A stretch of 64,000 nt of DNA from an uncultured bacterium. GTDB lineage: Bacteria > Planctomycetota > UBA1135 > GCA-002686595. Location of the stretch: contig CALSNU010000001.1 of the NCBI GenBank assembly GCA_943787795.1, forward strand, positions 1,088,001 through 1,152,000. The letters are read 5' to 3'. Both the position numbers and the translations under genes were made by a program. This document shows positions 33,949-41,985 of the stretch, piece by piece. A model generated the notes under the pieces. That model saw only the letters and a list, made by a program, of their open reading frames with translations, had not been told where the DNA came from and searched no databases. Numbering within the stretch: position 1 is the first letter of the stretch; every line of letters starts with the position of its first letter.

Positions 33949-34856
33949 AGGGCGACGGTCCATGCGAGGGCGATGATCGAGAACGTCGCGGCCGCGAGGC
34001 CCGCCTGGGCGCGCGACCCAAGGCGCTCGGCGAGGTCCAACCTGCTGACGGCGACACCGATCAGCGCTCCGGCCGTGAAGCCGGTGGCGTGGGCGAGGAC
34101 ATCGACCCGCCCGGAGCCATCTCCCGCGCCGAGCCACCCGAAGAGCACCGCCCCGCCGAAGAGCGGCGCGACGCGGCGGACCCAGGGGGCGCGTGCCTTC
34201 CCCCGCCGCGCCCACTCGGAGGTCACCATCACTCCGAGCGTGCCGAAGATCGCCGTCGAGGCGCCCACGGCGGTGTGAGTCGGCGAGGTCAGGTAGGACT
34301 CGGTGAAGTTCCCGAGCGCGCCCGCTGCAAGCGTGCAGAACCATGCCAGCCCCGCACCGAGGGATTGAGCGGCGAGGATGCCGAAGAGGGAGCCGAACAC
34401 GAGGTTACCCACGAGGTGCTGCGCATCCACGTGGAGTGTCAGCGCAGTGACCGCCCTCCAAACCTCTCCGGTGCGTACCTGAGCTGCGCTCATGAGGCCC
34501 TCATCCCACCAGTTCAATCCGAACGCCCCCTTCTGTCCGATGGGGAAGAACAGCACGCAGAGCAGACCGAAGGAGAGCGCGGCCACAACGCCCTTGCTGC
34601 GAATCGGCGGGGGAGGTGGGGAGGGGTGGCCCCACGTGGCGGCCTCGGCCGCGAAGTCGACGAGCTCTGCGCTTGCGCCTGGCGCGTCGTGTGCGAGCAC
34701 GAGGACTCGGGCGCCAGCCCCGTTCACCTGGACCGAGTGCTGGATGCCCCGCGCCTGCAGGGCGAGGGCGCTGTCCCTGACCGCGCGCCGGGACCGGCCG
34801 CGGAGGACCTCCACATGGCCCGGAGGTAGTGGGCCGAAGGAGTCGGCCTGATTCAT
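33933..34856 (-). CDS. Rhomboid family intramembrane serine protease with N-terminal soluble domain
   Basis: 'WRAVTALTLH...HLVGN', catalytic 'GASTAIFG' Ser and 'AHATGF..G' His; several TM helices; ATG at 34856. Confidence 0.92.
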   Translation of the reverse strand: MNQADSFGPLPPGHVEVLRGRSRRAVRDSALALQARGIQHSVQVNGAGARVLVLAHDAPGASAELVDFAAEAATWGHPSPPPPPIRSKGVVAALSFGLLCVLFFPIGQKGAFGLNWWDEGLMSAAQVRTGEVWRAVTALTLHVDAQHLVGNLVFGSLFGILAAQSLGAGLAWFCTLAAGALGNFTESYLTSPTHTAVGASTAIFGTLGVMVTSEWARRGKARAPWVRRVAPLFGGAVLFGWLGAGDGSGRVDVLAHATGFTAGALIGVAVSRLDLAERLGSRAQAGLAAATFSIIALAWTVALWPMP

Positions 34857-34894
34857 GGCTTGGAGGGCATCTTGTCCCGCTCGTTCCTCGACTC

Positions 34895-35263
34895 TCAGCC
34901 CAGGCGCAGCAGGCAGTCGGGGCAGCGCTGGGCGCCTCGGGGAATCTCGGCCATGCACGCGGGGCACTGCGAGGACTCCGCGTCGAGGTCGATCACGTGC
35001 TGAGACGCCTCGAGGGCCACGCCCTCGGGATCGAGGCGCATGAGCTCCTCGTTAGCGTCGCGTTGGATGAGCTCGGCTGCTTGTTGAATGTCAGGCTTCG
35101 CGACCGCGAGCCAGAGGGCCGCGCCTCAGCCGTTGGGGTCGACTCCAGGCGGACAGATCACGCGGGCCTCAAGGCCCGCCTTCTCTAGGCGCACTCGCTG
35201 GTCGTTGACGGCCTTGAACTTGCCCTGGCTCAGGACGGCCATGTGTTCGGGGAGCTCGGTCAT
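34895..35263 (-). CDS. Putative selenoprotein, 122 aa, in-frame UGA at codon 46, C-terminal double-CxxC zinc ribbon
   Basis: Manual translation: MTELPEHMAVLSQGKFKAVNDQRVRLEKAGLEARVICPPGVDPNG-UGA-GAALWLAVAKPDIQQAAELIQRDANEELMRLDPEGVALEASQHVIDLDAESSQCPACMAEIPRGAQRCPDCLLRLG-stop. It fills the yciB-rhomboid gap and a SECIS-like hairpin follows the UGA. Confidence 0.8.
35094..35128 (-). promoter_or_regulatory. Candidate bacterial SECIS element
   Basis: mRNA reads UGA-GGCGCGGCCCUCU-GGC-UCGC-GGUC-GCGA-A-GCC; the GGUC apical loop starts 21 nt after the UGA. Confidence 0.72.
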
Positions 35264-35284
35264 GATCGTGGAGGGAGTGAGCCC

Positions 35285-35902
35285 TCAGTCTTCGGTCGGA
35301 GATTGGGGGCTGTGCCGGTGGATCAACGGCTGCTGCAGGAGCATGAACAGGAAGGTCAGTCCAAGGATCCCGAACAGCTTGAAGTTCAGCCACACCGATG
35401 TGGTCGTGGATCGCCACACCAGCTCGTTCAAGCCTGCAATCACGAGGAAGAACAATCCCCAGCGCAGAGACAGCGTACGCCAGCCCTTCTCATCGAGCTC
35501 CAAGGTGGCCCCGAGCAGGGGCTTGATCAGCGCCTTACCCAGAGCCCAGCCAATGAGGAGGGTCGAGCCCATGAGCCCGCTGACGATGGTGGGCTTGTAC
35601 TTGATGAAGCGCTCGTCGTTGAAATAGACGGTCAGGCCTCCCATCACGAGCACCACGGCGCCGGTAATGAGTGGCATGGCGTGGATCTTGCGCTCGATGG
35701 CGTAGGAGATGGCCAGAGCGATCGCGGTCACCGCCACGAAGATCCCAGTGGCCCAGATCAACCCCTGGGTGTCGTCCTCGACGATCCGCTTGGCGACGAA
35801 GAAGGTCCCGAAGAAGACCACCAGCGGGCCCATATCGAGGACGAGCTTCAGCTGGGGGGACAGGGTCGGGGCTGCCGGATCTGAGTCAGGGGAGGTCGCC
35901 AA
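35285..35902 (-). CDS. yciB: Inner membrane-spanning protein YciB (septation protein A / IspZ); start uncertain
   Basis: 'LDMGPLVVFF', 'GGLTVYFNDERFIKYKPTIV', 'W..LS.RW..FF', 'LNELVW', 'WLNFKLFG'. Confidence 0.93.
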   Translation of the reverse strand: MATSPDSDPAAPTLSPQLKLVLDMGPLVVFFGTFFVAKRIVEDDTQGLIWATGIFVAVTAIALAISYAIERKIHAMPLITGAVVLVMGGLTVYFNDERFIKYKPTIVSGLMGSTLLIGWALGKALIKPLLGATLELDEKGWRTLSLRWGLFFLVIAGLNELVWRSTTTSVWLNFKLFGILGLTFLFMLLQQPLIHRHSPQSPTED

Positions 35903-36565
35903 GAGAAGGTGGCACGAGGGGTTGGGGCGGTTGGACGTGGAAGACGAGGCGCTCGAGCGTCCGGGGTCGAGGGGCCCCAAAGGCTACCCCGATCATGGAC
36001 GCAAGCGAGGGCTCGATCTCCGTGTCTGCTCTCGGATGAAGCTCGGCGCGAGCTCGAAGTCATAGCTCGTGGTCGCGCTGGGCCACGGTCCACGCCGATG
36101 CGCCCCTCCGTCGAAAGGGGGCCAGCACGAGGCCTCGCACCGACGCGGAGGTCCCGTCCCAGGGGGGCAGCAGTGGGAGCTGCCGGAGAGGTTCAGCGTG
36201 AAGCTCACCTGGTGCCAGGTGTCCGGTGACAGGTCACGGATCACCGGGGCTGGTCGCAAGAAGGTGGGGGGCCCTCATTCTTCCGGGAAGCACGAGTCTC
36301 CCAAGGATCGGACACGGGACCCGACGGTCGATCGGGCCCATTCTCGTTCAGGCCCGGCGTCCGGACAGGCCCAGCGTCCGGACAGGCCCAGCGGCCGGGC
36401 AGACCCAGCGGCCGGGCAGACCCAGCGGCCCGGAAGGCCCGGTGTCCTGTCAGGCTCAGTTCCTGATCCGCTTCAGTCTCCGATCAGGTCTGGTCTCCGG
36501 TCGGACCCCCGCACCATCGAGCTCGGCGCCCATGGGGACCCGTCAGCACCGGGCCTGTTCGCCCC

Positions 36566-36721
36566 GGGCCCGTCAATGCAGAGCCCGTCAACGCAGAGCC
36601 CGTTAACGCAGAGCCCATCAACGCAGAGCCCATCAACATCGGGCCCATCAACGCAGAGCCCATCAACATCGGGCCCATCAACACAGAGCCCATCAACACA
36701 GAGCCCATCAACACAGAGCCC
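36566..36721. repeat. 15-bp minisatellite GAGCCCATCAACRCA, 10 copies
   Basis: Tandem copies ending ~15 nt from the lexA stop codon. Confidence 0.93.
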
Positions 36722-36736
36722 GCCTGAAGCTCCCGC

Positions 36737-37345
36737 TCAGTACTTCCGCACCACGCCGATCACGACCCCGCGAATCTCCACCTCGTCGACGATGATCGGG
36801 CTCATGGTGGAGTTGGCGGGCTGAAGGCGGAACTGATCTCCCTCGCGGTAGAAGCGCTTCAGCGTCGCGTCCCCGTCTGGAAGGACCGCCACCACCGTCT
36901 CTCCGTCACGTGCGGATTGCCGGCGCTCGATGAGGACAATGTCCCCGTCCGCGATGGCGTCCTCGATCATCGACTCCCCCTGGACCTCGAGGGCATAGAC
37001 GTCCTTACCCTCAGGTACGAGGTCCGCGAAGTCGAGCTGCTCGGGCTCCTCAATGGTCTCGATCGGAGCGCCCGCCGCGATCTTGCCAAGCACCGGGAGT
37101 GAGACCCCGCTCCCTGACTCGTCCTCGTCGTCGACGAGTTCAAGGCTCCGGCTCACTCCCTTGGCCCGTCGTCGAATCACGCCCTTGCGCTCCATCTCGG
37201 CCACGTGTCCGAAGATCGTGACCTTGTTGACGCCAAACTGGGCCGCGATCTCCTCAAGGGTCGGGCTGATGCCGTGCTCCTCGACATACGAGCGGAGGAA
37301 CTGGATGATGTCCTGCTGTCGGCGGGTCAGGGGTAGGGTGCTCAT
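36737..37345 (-). CDS. lexA: SOS repressor LexA
   Basis: 'LTRRQ..I..F......G.SPT..EI', cleavage site 'IAAGAP', catalytic Ser 'GESM' and Lys 'ATLKRF', 'LQPAN'. Confidence 0.97.
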   Translation of the reverse strand: MSTLPLTRRQQDIIQFLRSYVEEHGISPTLEEIAAQFGVNKVTIFGHVAEMERKGVIRRRAKGVSRSLELVDDEDESGSGVSLPVLGKIAAGAPIETIEEPEQLDFADLVPEGKDVYALEVQGESMIEDAIADGDIVLIERRQSARDGETVVAVLPDGDATLKRFYREGDQFRLQPANSTMSPIIVDEVEIRGVVIGVVRKY

Positions 37346-37734
37346 GGCGTTGGAATAGGGTCGTGGGGGTGTGCGTGGCAGAGCGCCAGCAAACGAGTAG
37401 ATGGGAGCTACCCCCGAGCGAACTCGTGGGCAGCTCCCGGGGAGTCACTCCGATCGCTGAGGAGGGCGATGCGACGCGGAGTGGGGTGAGGGGGATCCTG
37501 GCGGCGACCAAGCTCGCCGCGGTGATCCTGGCCTCGGCGTTGCCGAGGCTCGGACCCTTTGCAGGAGTGCTTGGGGCTGCGCTGGAGTGATCATTGAATG
37601 AATCGGTCGGTTGCCGTCACTTCGGATCTTCGGAGTCTCTGAAGGGACGGGTTGGACCCTTGGTCCCGATCGGTCCATCGGAGATAGAGACCGCCGAGAT
37701 AGAGGCCGCAAAAAATAGAGACAACGGGAGAGGG

Positions 37735-38517
37735 TCAGATGACAAAGGTGAAGGCCAGCATTGCCGCGACAAACATGTACGAGGCAGCAGCCGTCACCTG
37801 GTGCATCGAGCCCTCTCCCGAGGCCTCAGCCGATCGCAACCAGGTCGTTGCGCAGCTCCACTCAGGCTGCGCCTGAGTGGGGGTCGCCATGGGGAGAGTC
37901 TCGAGAGAGATCCGGCCCGTGGCTTCGATCATCTCGGCCGTCGCGTTCCGCACGTCGGCGGCGACCGGAGCGGCATGACGCGCCTCGACGCGCCGCCGCC
38001 GGATGATGATCGGCCGCTTACGGGCGACGGAGCGACTGCTCCGATCCTTGGCGGATCTGCCCGCGGCGGCGCGATGACCCGCAGCACGTCCGCACGACGT
38101 CGCTTCGGGGGTGCTGAGGAGAGCGGCGGCCCTGGGGGGGTGGGTCCGCAGCGTCCTGTCGAGGATGGCGAGCTCGCGGTCCTGGGAGGCGTTGAGATTG
38201 CGACCTCCGTTGGAGTGGCCGGGCCTCGAGAGCTGGCCGGGCCGGGAACCGTGCCGTTCGGCGCTCAGTTCGTTGGATGCGCCCTGGGCCCAGGCTCGAT
38301 CCGTGAAGGCCGGCTCTTCGCTTTGCCCCGCAACTCCAGCGTCCGCTGCCTCGTCGTCCGTGATGCCAATCTCGCACCAGCGTCGCATCGCCGGGGTCGA
38401 GGGAGTGGAGTCATCCGCAGCATCCAGGGCCACCGGCGGGCCTCCAAAGAGGTCGTGCTGGAGGAGGGACGGTGCCTTGGGGGCGACGGGGAACGGTGAG
38501 CGAAGGAGGCGTGTCAT
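37735..38517 (-). CDS. Hypothetical low-complexity protein with C-terminal hydrophobic helix
   Basis: 260-codon ORF co-oriented with and upstream of lexA; gccATG start context as in neighbouring genes; ends 'ASYMFVAAMLAFTFVI'; no recognised domain. Confidence 0.45.
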   Translation of the reverse strand: MTRLLRSPFPVAPKAPSLLQHDLFGGPPVALDAADDSTPSTPAMRRWCEIGITDDEAADAGVAGQSEEPAFTDRAWAQGASNELSAERHGSRPGQLSRPGHSNGGRNLNASQDRELAILDRTLRTHPPRAAALLSTPEATSCGRAAGHRAAAGRSAKDRSSRSVARKRPIIIRRRRVEARHAAPVAADVRNATAEMIEATGRISLETLPMATPTQAQPEWSCATTWLRSAEASGEGSMHQVTAAASYMFVAAMLAFTFVI

Positions 38518-38560
38518 GGCGGTTCGGGGCTGGAGTCGTCGGGAGCGGTTGAGCGCTCCC

Positions 38561-38670
38561 GAACGGGTGCCTAACCTAACCGAACCCTGAACCCGAACGG
38601 GTGCCGAACCTTGGTGTTTTGACTGACAGATACCTAACCGGCGGCAGGGGGAGGGGTTAGGTGGGCGTTA
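38561..38670. promoter_or_regulatory. Cluster of four direct-repeat boxes KAAC-N7-KAAC (candidate LexA operators)
   Basis: GAAC-gggtgcc-TAAC 38561-38575; GAAC-gggtgcc-GAAC 38595-38609; TGAC-agatacc-TAAC 38624-38638 (one mismatch); inverted GTTA-ggtgggc-GTTA 38656-38670. Confidence 0.55.
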
Positions 38671-38838
38671 GGTGTCTCTCGCGCGACCTTGATCTGGCCG
38701 TAATGGGGTAGAAACTGCTCGGATTCGTCTCGGTTGGACGCGATCCGGGGGCGGTGCGGGTCCAACGAGGCGGCACCCGAACTAGACTGTCGGGCCGCTT
38801 CTCCGTCGCCTCGTCGCTCGTCGAGGCGCCCGCACCTC

Positions 38839-40540
38839 TTGGAACAGCTCCGCCGCCTCGATCTAGACCGCTACCTGGTTCCGTTCTCACTGCGCCAGGT
38901 CCCGCAGTACCGCTATGACGTGGTGGTCCTCGGTACGGGGGTGGCGGGTTGTGTCACCGCTCTGGCCGCCGCGCGGGCGGGGGCCTCGGTGGCCGTGCTC
39001 GCCAAGGACAGCGTGGGGGTCACCAATACCTCCTGGGCCAGGGGCGGGGGTGGCAGCGGTCCTCGGGGACGACGACACCTTCGGTGCCCACCTCGCAGAC
39101 ACCGTGGACGTGGGGTGCGGCCTCGTGGATGAGGGGGTGGCCCGCCGGGTCATCGAGGGAGGCCCGGGTTCGGTGGCGCGGCTCGAGGCGCTCGGCGCCA
39201 GGTTCGACCGGGGGGAAGATGGCCGCCCTGACCTGTCCATGGAGGGCGGCCATAGCCACGCCCGGATCCTCCATGCCCGGGGCGACTCCACCGGCAAGGA
39301 GATCCAGGGCACGCTCGGCCAGGCCATCGAGGACGCGCCGGGCATTGACGTGTTCACAGAGATGTTCGGGATCGACGTCTTGAGTGACGATTCCGGGCGC
39401 ACCGTGGGGGTCCTCTGTCGCAATCACCGGGGGGAGCTCACGGCCTATGGCGCGTCCCAGGTGGTGCTGGCGACTGGCGGTGGCGGGCAGATCTATCGAG
39501 AGACGACCAACCCGACCATCGCGACGGGGGACGGCATGGCGATGGGGTTCCGTGCCGGCGCCGCCGTGCGGGACATGGAGTTCATCCAGTTTCACCCGAC
39601 CTGCTTGTACATCGCCGGCGCGGCGCGCGTCCTGATCTCCGAGATCGTGCGGGGCGCTGGCGGCGTGCTCCGTGACAAGGACGGCGTTCGGTTCATGCCG
39701 GAGGTCCATCCCGAGGCCGAACTGGCCCCGCGGGACACGGTCAGCCGTGCGGTGTCGCGGCGGATGGCCGAGACCGGATCAACGAGCGTCGGGCTCGACC
39801 TGACGGACGTGGACCGGGACCCTCACCTGGCCTTCCCCAGCATCAGTCGGATCTGTCGCTTCTTCGGGATCGACATCGCGAAGGACCCGATCCCCGTCCG
39901 CCCCGGCGCGCACTACATGATCGGGGGCCTTGCCGTCGACCCGTCCGGGCAGACGTCGGTCCCCGGACTCTGGGCTGTCGGGGAGTCTGCGAGCACGGGC
40001 CTACACGGGGCGAATCGAATGGGCTCGAACTCTCTGCTGGAGGGCATGGTCCTGGGCGAGACGGTCGGCCGTTCCGCGGCGGTTGCAGCGGAGGTCGCCG
40101 GTCGACCGGAGATCCAGAGCGCCTCTCAACGCATCCGAGAGGACGCACCGTCGGGAGTGCAGGTGAACATCGCTGACCTGACCTATTCGCTGAAGTCACT
40201 CATGTGGCGTCAGATGGGAGTCGAGCGGTCCGCCGCTGGGATGGAGGGTGCGCTGGAGACGTTCGACTTCTGGGCCCGGGCGGTTCGATCGCTCCGCCTC
40301 GACGACGACCGATCCGTCGAGCTCGTCAACATGCTCACCGTGGCGCGCCTGTCGACCCTTGGCGCCTGCCACCGAACCGAGTCTCGCGGGACTCACTTCC
40401 GGAGCGACTATCCGTCCAGGGACGACGCTGACTGGCGCGTTCACATCGAGCAGGTACCCGAACGCATGGTTGAGATCATTCGCTCTGTCGAGCTGAAGCA
40501 GACCCCGGTGCAAACCACCGAGGGCGTCCCGGCACCTTGA
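38839..40540 (+). pseudogene. nadB: L-aspartate oxidase split by a single-base frameshift near 39041-39050 (sequencing error or true lesion)
   Basis: First frame has 'DVVVLGTGVAG...TNTSWA'; next frame continues 'GVAAVL', 'EGGHSHARILH', 'QFHPT', 'ELAPRD', 'AHYMIGG', 'GLHGANRMGSNSLLEG', 'ESRGTHFRSD'. Confidence 0.9.
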
Positions 40541-40553
40541 AGGAGCGCATCTG

Positions 40554-41927
40554 ATGGGCGGCTCAGGATTCAGCACGGACCGCGCCAAGGAACGCCTGTT
40601 CACGTGTGGTGTTCTCCTCCCGGACCAGCCGCCGGAGAGCGACGGCCCGCTCTCCGAGGTCAAGGCCCTCGTCGAAGCGGCTGAAGCAGAGGTCGTGGGT
40701 GATGGGTTCACCCAGACGCGCAGCCGCCAGCACCCCGCCACGCTCTTCGGCAAGGGCAAGGTGGAGGAGATCGGAGAGGAGGCGAAGCGCCTCGAGGCCG
40801 ACGGCATCGTTGTCGACAACGACCTCACTCCAGCCCAGGGACGCAACCTCGAGAAGGCGTGGTGCACGCGCGTGATCGATCGCTCGGAGCTGATCCTCGA
40901 CATCTTCTCCCGTCGAGCCCAGACCCAGCAGGCGCGTCTGCAGGTGGAGCTGGCCCAGAACATCTACCTCATGCCGCGTCTGCGCCGCATGTGGACGCAC
41001 CTCGAGCGCATGGAGGGGGCCATCGGCACCCGCGGCCCCGGCGAGACGCAGCTGGAGACGGACAAGCGGCTCTTGAACAAGCGCATCACGGACCTGAAGC
41101 GAGAGCTTGGGGTCATCGAGCGCCGCAAGCAGCGCGAGGTGAGCGCCCGGGGCAGCGAGTTCGTGATCGGGCTCGTGGGGTACACGAATGCCGGCAAGTC
41201 GACCCTGCTGAACCGCCTCACGGGCTCCACCGAGTTTGCGGCGGACATGCCCTTCGCGACCCTGGATACCCGCACCCGCCGCTGGATCCTCCCGGACCGG
41301 CGAACGGTCCTGCTCTCCGACACCGTCGGCTTCCTCCAGCGCCTCCCTCACCACCTCGTCGCGTCCTTCCATGCGACGCTCGAGGAGACCCTCCACGCGG
41401 ACCTGATCCTGCACGTGGTGGACGCCTCCAATCCGGACGCGCGTCACCAGATGAACGCGGTGGACGAGGTCCTCGGGGACGTCTCCGGTCACCTCGCCCC
41501 TGACATCATCGTGCTCAACAAGGTGGACCGCGTCGGCGACCGTCTCGGGCTGGCGCTGCTCGACGGCGAGCTGCGCGATCGAGGGATCGAGGTGGTGCAC
41601 GTGAGCGCTCACTCCGGCGAGGGCCTCGAGGGGCTGACCGACCTGGTGCGTCGGCGCCTGGACGATCGTTCGGGCCTCGTGGACGTGACCGCGCCGCCGG
41701 GGGACGGCCGTACCGTGGCGGTGGTCCGGGGGGCGGGGGCGGTCCTCGAGGAGGAGATCTCGGACGACGGGACCATCCGCATGCGGGTCCGCATGAGCCC
41801 GGGGGCTCTCGGGCTCATGAGGCGCAAGGCGGGCCCCGAGGCGACCTTCGCCGCCGCTGACGAGGCCGCAGGCGCGTGGCTCGGGTTGGCACAGGACTCC
41901 GAGAGTGACCAGATCGGTTCAAGCTGA
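40554..41927 (+). CDS. hflX: Ribosome-splitting GTPase HflX
   Basis: 'LILDIFSRRA', 'LQVELAQ', 'RGPGETQLETDKR', 'GYTNAGKST', 'FATLD', 'DTVGF', 'NKVD'. Confidence 0.97.
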   Translation: MGGSGFSTDRAKERLFTCGVLLPDQPPESDGPLSEVKALVEAAEAEVVGDGFTQTRSRQHPATLFGKGKVEEIGEEAKRLEADGIVVDNDLTPAQGRNLEKAWCTRVIDRSELILDIFSRRAQTQQARLQVELAQNIYLMPRLRRMWTHLERMEGAIGTRGPGETQLETDKRLLNKRITDLKRELGVIERRKQREVSARGSEFVIGLVGYTNAGKSTLLNRLTGSTEFAADMPFATLDTRTRRWILPDRRTVLLSDTVGFLQRLPHHLVASFHATLEETLHADLILHVVDASNPDARHQMNAVDEVLGDVSGHLAPDIIVLNKVDRVGDRLGLALLDGELRDRGIEVVHVSAHSGEGLEGLTDLVRRRLDDRSGLVDVTAPPGDGRTVAVVRGAGAVLEEEISDDGTIRMRVRMSPGALGLMRRKAGPEATFAAADEAAGAWLGLAQDSESDQIGSS

Positions 41928-41985
41928 GACGGAGGGACGTGTCGACCAATGACGGACGCGCCGAGCTTCACGGCGGGTGCCTGTC

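Noticed and set aside
35126..35128. Genome-wide UGA reassignment as the explanation for the in-frame TGA
   Set aside because: Most genes in the window end at TGA at the expected position and have no internal TGA, so UGA is a normal stop here.
39031..39060. Programmed ribosomal frameshift in nadB
   Set aside because: No canonical slippery heptamer or stimulatory element seen and I know of no precedent for nadB; error or mutation is simpler.
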